Assembly (NCBI GenBank): GCA_012295275.1
Contig: CM022672.1
Coordinates: 12,214,001-12,278,000 of the forward strand
Direction: 5' to 3'
DNA from: Chrysomallon squamiferum
Lineage: Eukaryota; Animalia; Mollusca
Length of the DNA: 64,000 nt
The notes under the pieces were generated by a model. The model did no database searches. It had not been told where the DNA came from and worked only from the letters and a program-made list of their open reading frames with translations. The position numbers and the translations under genes were made by a program. Below, piece after piece: positions 50,201 through 64,000 of the stretch; position 1 is the stretch's first letter; the number at the start of each line of letters is the position of its first letter.

Positions 50201-53200
50201 GCTTATTTGTATTTGATGAAATTTGTTATAATTATTATTTTATTAAAGTTTTATTAATATTATTATCACTTTAAAAATTACTATTTAATTATACTGTAAA
50301 CTGTCATCATTTAAAAAGTTAAGATATTTTAAATTATTTACGAATTATTTTATAAAAGATTTGAGTTATATTGTTATTATTTTATAAAAGATTTGAGTTA
50401 TATTTATTGTTATTATTTTAAAAATTATTTACTAGTATTATTATCTTTGAAAAAATGAAATTCCAATTTTATTAAATATTTGTTATTTCTAAAAAAAAAT
50501 TACTGTTTCATTATTAGTGAATAAAAAACACAAAAACATTTCTTGGGTAATTATTTTTTAGATGAGATGAGATGTGTTCTTTGAAAAGATAATAAATATC
50601 TTTACAGAAGCAGTATTTTTATACTTGCACATTATTTTTTTTTTTATTATCTCAAGCCATTAACAGGTTATGTTAACCAGTGATATGTTTGTTTTTATTA
50701 GTTTCTGTTAGCTTTTAGATAATTATTAAAAAACATTTTTTAGCTAGATAAATAAAAGGATATTTCATGGTTCATGTTCTTAAACATAATCTATATATTA
50801 CCAAAATTAACAAATGATTTCCAAATACTTAAATTTTTTGGATTTTCTTTCAAAACGGAAATGAAACAATGAAAAATCTTAAAAATAGTAAACAAAGTCG
50901 CTGAATGTCAAACAGGCCAGAATTAAAACATTGCATTATTAGAATTGCATACTATTATTATTACTGAAAAGCAACAAAAAACTCCTTTAGAAAACAAAAA
51001 ACGCACTGTACATCATATAAACCTCCAAGTGGAATCTGAAAAACTTAAAAAAAATTATAAATTTATTCTTCCTTTTTTAATATTATTATTTTAAATTTTT
51101 TAGTTTAGTTTTACTAATTTATTATTTATTATGTTATTCTTTTTCAATAATTATGTATATGTTAAAAGTTTTATTTAGATATTTCCTTACAAATAAACAC
51201 TAGATGTTCTATTTTTAGGGACTTGAAGTGAACGATAATTGACCTGCACTTTTTAAGTTTTATCTTTAAGAAATACATACATAAATAAATATATAAAACA
51301 TTTAACATTAAGAATTATTTTAATAATATATTTATTAAATGTATTAATTTCATTAAAGAGTTGATTATTATTATAAAAATACTACATTATTAGATTTAAT
51401 TATGTTATCATAATTTAAAAAAATAATGATGATAGAGATATTCATAATAAAACCCATCAAAACCAAAATATCTTAAGCTGGTTTACATAAAAAAATATAA
51501 AGAATATTTCAAAAATTAAGATATGTCTGTTAGATTTACCTTCTTCGTGCTTTGGCACTTTTTTCAGATGTTTTTGGGCTTCTGCTTTAAATACCTAGTA
51601 TTAATAAATAAAGAAGTAATATCATTGTTGGTGCATTAAGAGTAGTAAATTTTATTATTTCCATAATATTTGTATATCAATGTGTCACCTTTTAAAGATA
51701 TATTTATTAAATACCAAAATTTGTTAAATTATAACAAATTATATACATCTTTTTTTAATCTGCGAAAATATTGTAAATATTACTGGTTTAAATAATATGA
51801 GAAATTTAAAACTTGTCTAATTTTACTTCTTTTTTTTTCTTTAAAAAAGCAATATATGTCTGATTTAAAACTAGATTATTAAAGAAATATATTCGAATTT
51901 TGTAGACATGTTTTTTTATCAAAGAAATGTTTCTAATCTTCTTAACTTTAACAAATTTAAATTTCATGAAGTTTTTAAACTTGTATTTTAATCTTCTTAA
52001 TTTTAACAAATTTAAATTTCATGAAGTTTTTTAACTTTACCTGTATTGTTTTCTCATCACTGGGGTGAAGTACAAACTTGATGTCATGAAGGCTGTCTTC
52101 TGGACTCTCCTCAATAAACTTCAGAACAGTTTTGTACATCAGTTCTGCAACAAGCTCACGAGGATATTTAAGGATTCCAGTGCCAAGTGCAGGAATGGCT
52201 ACTGTCTTCAGTTTAGAATCTACTGCCATGTTTAATATTTTCTTAATTGTGTTTTCAAGAACCTACAACATAAAACAGGCCAATTTCTTTTCTTCTTTTT
52301 TTTAAATAAGTATTTTATTTTATTTTATTTTTTGGTTTTTTTTTTTTTTTTTTTTTATAGTTTGGTGAAAAGTGAGAGATTATATAGAAGTAGCTAATAA
52401 AATATAAAATATATATCAGCTCAACAAACCATTGTTTGGATGATGGATGTTGTTTTTTTTAATTGGGTTTTTGGGTTGTTTTTTAAATGGGTTTTTTTAC
52501 AGTTTTTGAAAAAAAAAAAGCCTATTATTTCCCAGTTAATTAAGAGGAAACAAAGAAAGAAAGGAAAATGATTACTAATGAAGGTATAGAATTGCTCTGT
52601 AAACAGAAAATACTATTTACTTGAGTATAATATATAATTTAATATTCAGTGATCTCAACATGGGAGAAGAATGATACTAAGGTTAGAAATATTATGCATA
52701 CAATAAAATTGAAAAAAAAACCTGTTTGTGAAGGACAATGATTTGTATGTTCTTATTACTGATATCAATAAAAATATTATAAATAAATAAATAACGTAAA
52801 TATTTAAAAATTAGTTAGTTGTGTTTTTTATTTGGAGGTTTATTATTTATTAAATTATTATGTTAATTAGTAATTGAATTTTAAAATGAAAAAACAAAAA
52901 CAAAAAATGACATTCTTGATTCCTTAACTATTTTTGTGTAACTATGCATTTTTGCTGAATTCCAAACCATGAATTTTTTGAATCAGGAATTCATTTCAGG
53001 TAACAGTGGAAGTGACAAAATTTCTAGGAATTCATTTGAAGTAGACTAATGGTGGTAGGAGTAAATCATCTAATAGAATTTGTATACTTCCAAGTAATTA
53101 TTTTGTTGTTTCGGACTAAGCAGCAATATTCAAGTATGTTGTAAAATATTTAAACTCATATATCTCTTCACAATTTGAAAGTATTCTCATGATGTTTTTA

Positions 53201-56200
53201 TTTTTCTGAATATATTAGAAGAAATTACATCAAATCAGTCCAGTTTTAGAAGAAGGCTGGTGCTCAGATATTTTTAAACTATACATTGACTGAACAACAA
53301 AAATCCTAAACATATGACACTTGGAAGTATGTAAAATATATTTAGCCTGTTCTTCCTATCACCTAATGTAAGTTTTAAGGTTTTAATTTACCATCTTTCC
53401 ATTCTGTTTGAAATCTGGGAGGCAAACATGATAAATATTTGTAACTCATGGAACGTTTTCCAGGTCCTGTAACTGCAACATCTCCCATCTTAATTCCATT
53501 AGGATATTTGCTTTTGCATTCTTCTTGCACCTTAGGGCCTGAATGCTCTAGAATTGATTTAGATACAGCACCTTGTGAAAGAGCAAGTGATGTATTGCTT
53601 GAATTGACCAAAACATCAGACTGAAAATTAAAATAGAAAAAACTACATTCATAATTAATGTATGGTGTTCATGCCAACAAGATGCAATAACAGTCCATTA
53701 AACACAACAGTATTCAGGAGTATATCTTATACTTGTATTTAAGATATTTAATGACTATTCAGTGATCAGAAAGACTCACCTCTTCTTTACCCATGTCGGT
53801 CTCTGTGATGAGGATACGTGTCAGACCATTCACTTCTAAAATACTGGCTGGATCCAGCTCTTCTGTGTAGAGTGGAACTTCTGGCTCTGTTCATCACCAT
53901 TAAAAAGATTTATTATATGGAACTAAAAATTGACTATTAAATCTTGTTGGTTATTTTTTGTTGTTGTTGTTTGTTTGAGGGTTTCTTTTGGGTTTTTTAA
54001 AAATTATAATAACTTATATTTCAGATGGTTTCATTGATTTGTAAAAATAAACAAACTGAGTCATAAACTGTTGTTGAATGTTTTAATTATAATGTCATGT
54101 ACACAATTAAGAATTATATATAACAGATATTTTCTTTGATATTTTTTGGAACATCTTACAACTGAATAGATTGTGGTTAATGAACAACAATAAAGATATG
54201 TAAAATATGTGGTGTGTTTATGTTACTGTATGATGTTAATAATATTTTTTCACATGCTTTTATTTCAAGGGCACATGGCTAATGCAACTGAATGGTAAGT
54301 TGTCACATCAAAAGATACTTTAGTGCCCATTATGTATTTAATCACATTTAGATACTCCGAATTAAATTAATTATGAATGAATTGTCTATAACAGTATATT
54401 TTATCTTTTACTTATCTTTTCATGTTGTTTCATTTCCACTATCTGTTTATCTGTTATACTGAGGTTCAGTCCTAGATTTAAACTTTGAATTTCACAAGTC
54501 TTATATTTTCTTTCTGAGTGATACAAAATCACTACAATCAGTGACTCTGTCTTCATTGTTTGATGAAAATTGCACTATGATAAAAATTAAAATATGTTAA
54601 CACTTTGAATTACTTTTAATAGTGATTCAAATATAGCTGAGAATTAAACACAAGTTAAAAACACAAACTGGGTCACCAGATTTTGGTATATTGTGAAAAA
54701 ACAAAAAAGCTTTTGTTATTACTTTACCTTGCTCTGTTTGTTCAACTCGTTTTTTTGATGAATGCTTGGGATTACCTTTCAGATGTGAAGATTCACTGAA
54801 TATTTCTCCTTCCTTAAAATATTCACAAGTTTCTCTGAATTCTGCCATCAGTTGATGTACAAGAAAGCTATCCTTCTCTGTTACATACACTTTCTCTATT
54901 CCACTGAATGACTGGTGTTGAAAGCATTGACAGACAGCACTGACAAATGCTGTGATATGCTCTTCAGATGCCAAACTAGTTGTGATACCTTTTCCCTTAA
55001 ACATAGCAAAAGCGATGGTGGAATAATTGTTCTCTGAAGTATATTCAAAGCATTTCATGAGTGTTGAACGTATTACATTTCTGGGTTCATCTAAACTGTC
55101 TGGGGTTGGGCCAACAGCCTGTATAATTATTTTACTGTCAAAGTTTCCAGAATTTCTTGGATGAATGTCTCCTTCAGTTAGCTCTCCCTGTGCTTCAGAC
55201 AAACTATCCAATTTAGCTGGTTTAAAATAAAAAAATAATAATAATAATAATAATAATAATAATTAAAAAGTAATATTAGTTATGTGTGTATATAAAACAT
55301 ACATACATATATATATATATAAAAACACACACAGACACACACACTTACACATTCTTATGCATATATACTGTGTTGTATATAAATATAGAGACAGTCATAA
55401 ATGGTATTATTTTACAACAGCAAAGAAATAATAGAGTTAATTGACATAATTATGTTTCACAGGTTAACATGACATGAATAAAATTAACATGACAAGCATT
55501 CGATATTATTGTGCTTTTGTTACCAAACACATACTTTTGTATTGAAGAAAGGATTCCTACTTTCTGTTTTAACTTATAATTGCAACTGTTACACCATAGT
55601 GTGCTATTTGTTGACTCTGATGATCCAGTTCAGCATGAATAAAAAATCAGTGAAAGAAAAAAGACTATGCTTGTTTATTTACTTGTAGAAAATGGATCTA
55701 TTCTACCAAATCCTACAAATGATGTTGAATGCATCAAGCAGGAAGTTATTTTGTTCAAACTTTGTATGTATAATGAATGAAAATACTAGACAAAAGGTTA
55801 TTAAATGTCTGACACAGATATAGAAAAAATCCGAAATTAGAATTATTAAAATTAGAACTACACAAATCAGAATCATCTATATAACGGAAGTATATTTACC
55901 TTGCTTTAAAACTAATTTTGCTTCTTCAGATGCAGGAGCCAAATCTGTATTTGCTTCAATGACAACAACATCAATCTTATGTTTCAGAGACAAACCCACA
56001 AGACTACCATGCACAATGTGCAGCGTTATTTCTCCAGGGAAACTGCAAGAGCCTTTTATTTTACAGTTTTCCATCTCTTTGTAATACTTATCATCCCAAT
56101 CAATAATGCAGCGATTTTTTTTCTCGACTAACCTTAAAAAGTCATCTGTTAAAAATGTCTTTATACCAGGTTTATCAAAGGACTGACTGGTGCAGAATAT

Positions 56201-59200
56201 TTGATGTGCAATTGTATTCAAAACAGTTTTCACCTCTGTCAATCCAATTTTTGTAGCTTTGATAGTTATGACATATTCAGGTCTGGATTCCTTGCATACA
56301 ATATCGATGTGATTGTGCCTGAATCTTTGTTTAATTTCATCAATCTGCGTTTGACAGTGCTTAACAATGAACTTTTTCTCATTTCTGGGTAAATCAGCAG
56401 TTTCAGTATAAATTGAGTTTTCTTGAATAAAACTGTTCATCTCTGTCATGGCAGCATGGACATCTTCACCAATACCAGCAACTACAATCTGTGATGATTC
56501 TGCTAGGTAAACGACCTTCAACTGATGTTCATATTTTTGTTCAATTTCAGTAACTTTATCTTTGAAACTGGGCGCTTTGACCAAAGGTAAATTTTCATGA
56601 TCAAGTTCTTTCATTGTTTGTTTGATGGAGTTCCCTAGAAATATTTTTGTCTTGTTGATGTCAGACTGTGACAAAGAGTAAATTCTGACATGCCTGTCAC
56701 TTGCTTCCCATGATGCAGCATACCTGTTCTCCCCTTGTAGCAGTTTCCTGTGAAGGTGGTGACATACTTCTGGTTGCTGAAAAAGATATAATATAAATTC
56801 TGGAAAATCTTCAAAATCCTGCTGTGTGATCTTATCCATTTCCTCATAAATCTTAGAAAATAAATCGTTTATTTCTTCAGGAACACCAGTAATTGTGACA
56901 CGTTCACTGTTATTCACATCAATTTTGACATCTTCAAATATTTCTTCTAGTTTTGTTATAAAACCAGAAGCCTTAAGGATTCTTAGTTTACAAGCTGAAA
57001 AGGTTTTGGTTTCTGTCCTTATTCTCTTTGTTCTCTCAAATTTTGCAGTAAGATCAGTACATGTGTTTTTTATTTCTACTGGCAAATCACCAAGTGACTG
57101 TCCAGCAATGATAACATCATATTTTTCATCATCAAAAAATATCTTGTACTCTGTTATTTTACTCAGTTCTTTTGACTCAGTGCTTTTCTTCATATCAGTC
57201 CAAATGTCAGCTGAGCATCCAATGTGCTGAACTTCTATCTTGTCAATAAATTGCTGTGCACTGGATTTCACATCATCAGTCCATGTAGCTGCAATATTCC
57301 TTGAACCTGGACTATCCATTGTAAATGTTGGTCTTATTTCAATTTGATTTAACTGGGAGTCTAATAGTGCTTCAGCCGAGTAATTCTTCAAAGTGTTTTG
57401 GAAATGTGAAAGGTTTTCTTCTATAAACATAATCTTGTATCTGTTTATATTATCCAAGAAGAAAGGATTTGGTACTTTATTCCACTTAGTTTCCGAGGTG
57501 CCTCCTGACAAACCAAGACATTTGTGGTAAAGGGAAACTTCTATTTTATGGCTGGAAAGCTTATGTTCTTTCTGCTTCAGTACATTGCTAACAACTGAAA
57601 AGAGTAAATCAAAACTAACATTTCAGTTTATTATTAATTTTCATTATATGTTAAATATGCAATTTGTTTTATATAATGATAAGAGAGTGGAAGGCTCTTC
57701 CATGGATTATTCTTATCAGCAGCAACAATCTTTTAAATGATCTTTACTTCAGGCCTTACTCTAATGAAAAATGCATGGATATTTGTAAGTAAGAACTACA
57801 CAGGCTCTTGGTTTCAAAAATAGGCACTGACATTTTGAGGTTCAGGATTTTGATAATTCTTAAAAAATATATTTAATTTTTGTATTTTATCCCTGAAACA
57901 TTATTATCATCAGAATACTATTATCAAAACCAAAATTAATAAATGAAAGGGAAAGATTTCCTTCTCCATATCAGATCTTAACAAGAATAACATTTTTAAG
58001 CATGTCTGCTATGTCTTTTTACCATTTTCATCCTCAAATGTCACAACAGCATATTTTCTTTCAGAGTCTATTTCAACATTTGTGACATCCTTTCCTCCAC
58101 TTCTTCTTTCATTTTCAAAATACATCTGAATAGCATCAGGTGTTACATCACCAAAGCATTTTACAAGTATACTCTTGGAGATTGGTATTCTCTTGACCTG
58201 AAGTATTTTCCCTTTAAACTCCTTTGAAGTCACAGTTTTGGAGATCTTTTCAAAATCTAAATAAAAATAAAATTATGACACATTCACACAAAGATGTATT
58301 CTTAAATATAGACAGATAGATGAAGAATATGCCTTTCTTTTATATTACTATAAAGAGACTTATATACATATACAGGTACAAAAGCCCTGGTTCCAAAGTC
58401 TTTTTAGATAATCAATTTTTTAGTGGACCAAAAGAATCACATAATTCAATAATAATATATATACATTCCATATCTAACAAGCACCATTTTTTACTGTAAG
58501 TGTACACTTAATAAATCTTAAATGTATATTAAATAATTAAACATTAGAATAAAATCACGTTTTATTATTAAAAAACAAAACTTAACTGTAACTTAATGAA
58601 TCTCAAATGCCTGATCTAAACAAATTCCAGATCCCAGCATATGCAAAATCAATGAGATACCTTTATATGAAGAGTGCATGTCTGTATTAAATCATCTATC
58701 ACAGAACTTTTATTAATCTCTTCACTTTTTTAACTGTTTGTTGCCATCTGACCACAAAAATTTGAACAATAATAATAGTAGATAAAATTAATCATTTATT
58801 CTGCTATCAGCAGAACTTCTGTTGTAACTCAGTGTAATGTGACAACTGAAGAACAGTCTGGAATCTAAGAAATGTTTTTTGTGATATGTTTGTGAATTAG
58901 ATAATCTCACTGAACATGTAACTGTTTAAAATAAGAAAAATTCTTACAAAGTAATATATCAAATGGAAAGTAACTTCACATTAATTTCAAAATGCATTTT
59001 TGTTGTGATGCCTTAATTTCAACATTTAAAATAATAATTTTTTATATTTTTTGTATATAAATACTTTTTTTTTTTTTTTTACAAACCTATTGGTTTTGTA
59101 AATGAAACAAGAACTGTGCCAACATCTTCTCCAAATAGTATCCCACCATCATCAGCTACATCATAGTGACTTCGAGCCTCTACGAAATTGGTGATCGTGT

Positions 59201-60101
59201 CAGTAGTTGATGATTCAGGAACATTAGTCAGAAGAATTTTGTCTTTGTACATCTGTGGTGGTTGATAAGGTTTTATTGTTACATGATTTCCTTCAATGGT
59301 GTGACTTTTCTTCAAAACTGTTTCCACATCTGAAAAACATATCAATGGAGACTTTGACAGATAAAACTGATGGTTAATTTATAATTTTCATAACAATAGA
59401 AAAATGTCTATTTCACCTTTTAGAAGGTGATGCTAACATTATATACAAATATACAATTATTCATTTATTTATTTTTTTTTTTTGTGGGTTGATAAATTAT
59501 TATCATTATTGTCTAATTTATCATTTTCATTATGTGTTAATGTGTTCACTGTGATAGTGTTATTGTGTTAATATGTAATTTTCTTTATGTATTAAATATG
59601 TAAAATGTGAACTGTTTGATTATTAACAAGTTACTTCATTCTAATAATATACATTATGTGTTAAATTATATTTTCATTTTTTATAAATGTGTGATATTTT
59701 TATTGTAAAATAAGATCAAAATTCAAAATTGTTGTGTCTAGTATTTTTGATGAAATCCATAGTTAGAAATATTATTAAAAGAAATACAAGGTTAAATATT
59801 TAACAACAGTTCAATGTGATTTTGTTTTTTTAAATAACATTAAAAACAAAAAAAAGCTGTTGCTCCATTTATTGGATATTTTATAGACTAGTCTATATAT
59901 TGGACTAATTCCAGTGCCAGCTAGTAGCTCCATAGCTCATGAAATTTTATATATTATGTATGTATGTCTGTGGTTAACATCTATATGTATGTGTGTATTG
60001 TATAAGTATGTATGTGTGTGTGTGTATGTATAGATAGATAGTTGTTAATCTAGAATAGCTAATAATAGTTGCAGCAGAGAGTTTCTATGTACATAAGTCT
60101 G

Positions 60102-60145
<44 letters not shown>

Positions 60146-63100
60146 CCAGTATGGACCAAAAACTGGAATTGGAAATAGCCAAACTGACACTCAGTCTGTA
60201 CTCAACCACTGAGCTATATGTTTTTCCCTTAATGTCATTGTTAAATATAGAAGGAAAAAGTAACTGAAAGAAAGTAATTGAAAATACACAAAACCTGACA
60301 AATAAATGCAATAAAACTGACCAGTTGGGTGTATACTGAACAGATTCCATATTTTTTAAGTGCATTAATCTTGTTGGATTGATATGATTTTTTAAAAATC
60401 TTTTTGACTGATTTTAATTAATTTGTTTTTGTAGACTTCATTTATATGGGATGGTTTGATATGTAAGAGAGAAAATTTCGATTGCATCTGTGGTTATTAA
60501 GAAGTTATTTTTGATTTCTGTGTCATCACTTTAAAACATAATTTTTTCAAAAAGTCTTCAAACTCAAGTCTGAATTGTTTCACTATTAACAAGTTAATTA
60601 TATCATCACTTTAAAAATTAATTATTAAAAATTATTTTTAACCTTGAAAAAATATCTAGACTGTAAACTGTATTGTTTCAAACAGATTAATTACAGAAAC
60701 TTACCTTCAACACTTTCAAAAGTAACATACATGAGTCCCTCTTCATCACGATCAATATCTTTAACTTGGACACCCCCTCCTCGTCTCTTGTTTTCAAAAT
60801 ATAAGCTTACTGAGTCATCAGATATTGAACCACAACCTTTAATAACAACTGTTGTCTGTGCTTCATTTTCTTCACCAGACAGTTCTTCTTCCTTTTCTTC
60901 TTCAGATTCTGTTTCTGAATCTTCACCGGCAACAGTGACCTCAAGATTTCTGCCACAAACTTTGTGTTGTCTTTGCACAACTTTTTCAGCCACTTAAAAA
61001 TAATTAAAATGTTCCTCATCTTAGTCTTTTAAAGCTTAACACAGTGAAAATATAATTTAATGCCATTTTATTTCAAACTTTACATGTAATCATTGTTATT
61101 TTTATACATACTTAATACATGAGTAAATAAGTTCGTAAATTTACTTGATAAAAGCCCTTGCCTATCTTATATTATGATAATCATGTGTGAATTTAAGTGT
61201 GGAAATAACTGGAAAAAAATAATATTAAAAACTGAAATCCTTATGGTTGCAGATTTGAATGAAATGTCATTTTATACTAAAAGAAGATAAAGATAATACA
61301 AGTTATTTTAAATTAAAACAATTCTACCACTTTTGTTAAAATATCATAAACTATTTTTGATAATTAATTAATGAAAAACTGATTTTAATTCAACTAAATA
61401 ATCTATATTTTAATATTTATGTGCATTTTTAAATTTAGGACTCCTTTTAGCAAATGCCACAGACGGCATTAGCTTTGTCTGGCCTGTTGATGATGATATG
61501 TGAGAAGAACATCACAGCTACCATTCCTGTTTATTATCTTTTCCAAATCTTTATGTTGCAGCTTGTCATAAATAATAACGCAAATACATGGGAAACTGCT
61601 CAGCCAGTGTTCTTAAAACAATAAAACCAACCAGGCAATATTATAAACTATTCTTAAACAAACCTTCTAAACAGTTTAATATTAGTTAATACATTCCATG
61701 TACAATGATGACATTGGTTATTATTATTAACTGACCTGCATGGATCTTTTAAATTATTCTTCCTGTAGACATTAAGACAATAGACATTAAAGCACAAACT
61801 TTAGCTTTTGTATAAACCTGTTTTGAGGCAGTGGATGTAATAGGAAATTGCTCAGCTTAAGATTTTAGATATATAAAGACTAACCTCCATCTTCCTCAAA
61901 GGTTATGTAAAGGACACCTTTTCTCAATTTGATTTCTTCAATGCTTCCACCACCAGATTTCTTTGTATTTTCAAAGTACATTTCCATGAATTCAGCTGCA
62001 TCTTCTTCAATCTTCTTCTCTGCACTTTTCACAACTACTGATTTTTTTGTTTTTGTTTCTTCAGTTGTAGAAGCATCAAATGGTTGAACATGCAGCGTTC
62101 TTTTTCCAACTTGGTGGCTTTGTCTTGACAGTACTCTTTGGGCAACTGAAATATATATTAAAATGCTTTAAACCTTTGGTATATGAATCTCTCAGGTTTT
62201 CAAAACAAACTGGAAAGAAAGAGTTCTTAGTTGTAAAGCTACAAGAATATTATTTGTTAAAAGAAAATTCACTCGTGAACCTACAAGGACATTCATTGAC
62301 TTTATCAATCAGTTTCTTTCTCACTCACATAAACTAGCTGAAAAAAACAACTTAAAAAAAAATATTAAAAAATCCTTGTATTTTCTCTTCAGATTATTAA
62401 TATCTTGTATTTTTGTAAAGGACAAATACAAAGTTTTCAGATTATGCTTTAAATATTTGTCAGTTGAAAAGTTTAATCCAAATGTAACATTTGGCTATTA
62501 CAGGGTTTTTCGTCTGACAGATTAGATATTAAAATCCAATCAGATGCAAAAGTCAAATGTTCAAATACACAACTTCAGAATAATTAGAAACTGAAACTTC
62601 AAGAAAAATGAATAATTATAATCCTAGTTAGTTAGAAATTACAATTTATAAATAGCACTGTATTGGATTTTTGACACAGGTGAAAACAAAAATTGATTAT
62701 TAAAGTTTTCTGTCAAAAAAAAAAGATACTATAATAACTGGAAACAAGTGTTTTAATACTATCACATTATCTAAATCAAACCTGTTTCATCTTGAAATGT
62801 TATGTAGATGATTTTCTTCTTCTTGTCAGGCTTGAATTCTGATAGTGTTCCACCTCCAGATTTCTTTTTGGCTTTCAAAATATAATTCAATAACTTCAAA
62901 ATCATCTTTGGTGATGTTTTTTCCTTCCCATGTTACCATAACAGTATTCATTAGTTTTGTTGTTTTTTCTTCTTCCTCAGCCTGGTCAAGCAGTTCAACC
63001 ATAAGTGTTCTCTTATTGACAAAGTGAGGACTTTTTGCCAAAACCCTTTGAGTAACTGAAAATATTTTCAAAATAATCTTCTGTTTTCTTTCTTTTTTCT

Positions 63101-63772
63101 TTTTTTAAACAGTGAATTAAGAAAAAATTAATTTAAAGTCCAGACTTCCTGTATTTACATTTTATATATGTATTTTTTTTTAAAGAACAGATATTAGATG
63201 CAAATGCACTAAAAACAATAAATTAACAAAACAAATTAACAAAAAAAATGATTATATGATTTTCAAACAAAGGATTGTAAGTTAACAAAATTACTTGAAA
63301 TCCACAATGTGCTACACTTGTATTTCATGAAAAAGTTAATTAGATATAAATTAAAGGTTTATAAAGGGAAATTTATGAAAATAAAAGGATTTTCAACATT
63401 GCTCCAATTTTTAACTCTGAAAATGTTGCATGCAATTTAAAGTCTGCTACATTTATACTTAATATCATTACACATTGTTTTTCTTAAAACAAACATTCAG
63501 GATTCAAAATGTAATAAATTAATTATAAGTTTATAAATGAATTTTTTAAAATTAATTTACAGTATTTCATAGTTGCCATGTTAGTGCAGTTGTTATAGGT
63601 CTGGACTCATAATTGTAAAGGTCATGATTTCAATGTCACAGAACTGCACTATTGTCATATGTTAACTTTGGTAACTGTGGTTCACTCAGCTGTAAGTGAG
63701 AACCTAACAGGAAATGGCTGTTAGGTGTATGTGACAATACAAAACTAATTTATGTTTTCAACCAAATTTGCA

Positions 63773-63822
<50 letters not shown>

Positions 63823-64000
63823 GATTCATCAATAATTAAATCTTTAACATTTTTAAGAAAATTTACCTTTTTCATCTTCAAAGGTAATGTAAATTTCCTT
63901 TTTCTTCTTATTATGCTCAAAATTGGTTACATTTTCTCCCCCAGATTTCCTCTTATTTTCAAAATACATTTCCAATATTTCAGCTTCTTCAACAGTAAGA
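47276..64000 (-). CDS. PARP14: PARP14/PARP9-like macrodomain mono-ADP-ribosyltransferase (at least 6 RRM-like units, KH-like region, 2 macrodomains, WWE, PARP catalytic domain); 5' end lies beyond the window
   Basis: Exons in transcript order: >64000-63867, 63055-62782, 62145-61885, 60992-60705, 59329-59087, 58256-58023, 57594-55900, 55216-54728, (54574-54412 candidate), 53886-53780, 53620-53392, 52262-52041, 51594-51540, 50161-49926, 49737-49323, 48908-48763, 48369-48195, 47562-47276 (TAA). Motifs: YFENxRRSGG repeats, IIQAVGP, VLVNSSN..GAVSKSIL, VAIPALGTG, VQWY..YVIDF (WWE), LPDHW, LWHGT, GFNRSFC, GQGVYF, YDSVVD, QAYPEY. Exact orthology (PARP14 versus a lineage-specific paralog) is uncertain. 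Confidence 0.9.
49149..49240. repeat. Short intronic direct repeat (38-bp core, 54-bp spacing)
   Basis: tcagcctatttgtctgatcttttgcacaagagacagaa at 49149 and 49203. Confidence 0.9.
51935..52038. repeat. Short direct repeat (~54 bp) next to the donor of a macrodomain exon
   Basis: taatcttcttaa(c/t)tttaacaaatttaaatttcatgaagttttt occurs twice. Confidence 0.85.
63575..63720 (+). mobile_element. Degenerate tRNA-derived SINE in a PARP intron
   Basis: A-box-like tagtgcagttgtta and B-box-like gatttcaatgtc, then ttcactcagctgtaagtgagaacct, resembling the CACTCAGCTGTAAATGxGTACC segment of conserved-domain metazoan SINEs (from memory). Confidence 0.45.

Noticed and set aside
51023-51035. Possible 13-nt microexon in the PARP gene
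   Set aside because: It has AG/GT ends but would break frame; the flanking exons join in phase without it.
58371-58666. Possible MITE bounded by tacaggta...tacctttata
   Set aside because: Terminal inverted match is too short and imperfect.
60195-60218. tRNA-like 5' end on the minus strand (tatagctcagtggttgagtac)
   Set aside because: A-box only, with no B-box or cloverleaf; at most a decayed SINE head, not a tRNA gene.

Overview
AT-rich, intron-dense animal genomic DNA (inferred lophotrochozoan, probably mollusc; not prokaryotic). In order: (1) the 3' half of BRCA2 (+, about 212-10361), covering the helical/OB1-tower-OB2-OB3 DNA-binding domain and the C-terminal RAD51-binding region; (2) a complete 12-exon cytochrome P450 (+, 12772-20571, 508 aa) with atypical heme-binding residues; (3) a complete gene with 12 coding exons (+, 22756-30478, 771 aa) of unusual architecture: ARM-like repeats / extended Tudor / ARM-like repeats / acidic linker / Schlafen (AlbA_2, SLFNL1-like) domain / coiled coil, followed by a duplicate of part of its last exon; (4) an orphan, stop-containing 5' fragment of a secreted-protein gene (-, 32273-33049); (5) a Tigger4/MER46-like MITE remnant; (6) a GC/CpG-rich, palindrome-dense 374-bp satellite (about 19 copies, 34141-41294) running into a 200-N gap; (7) a PARP14/PARP9-like macro-PARP (-, 47276 to beyond 64000) with an expanded RRM array, two macrodomains, WWE and a divergent catalytic site. 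Several +1 frameshifts in homopolymer runs probably reflect long-read consensus errors. The most novel candidate is the ARM-Tudor-Schlafen protein, a possible small-RNA/piRNA-linked nuclease or pseudonuclease. All exon calls were made by hand from GT-AG boundaries, phase consistency and recalled family motifs; no database searches were run.
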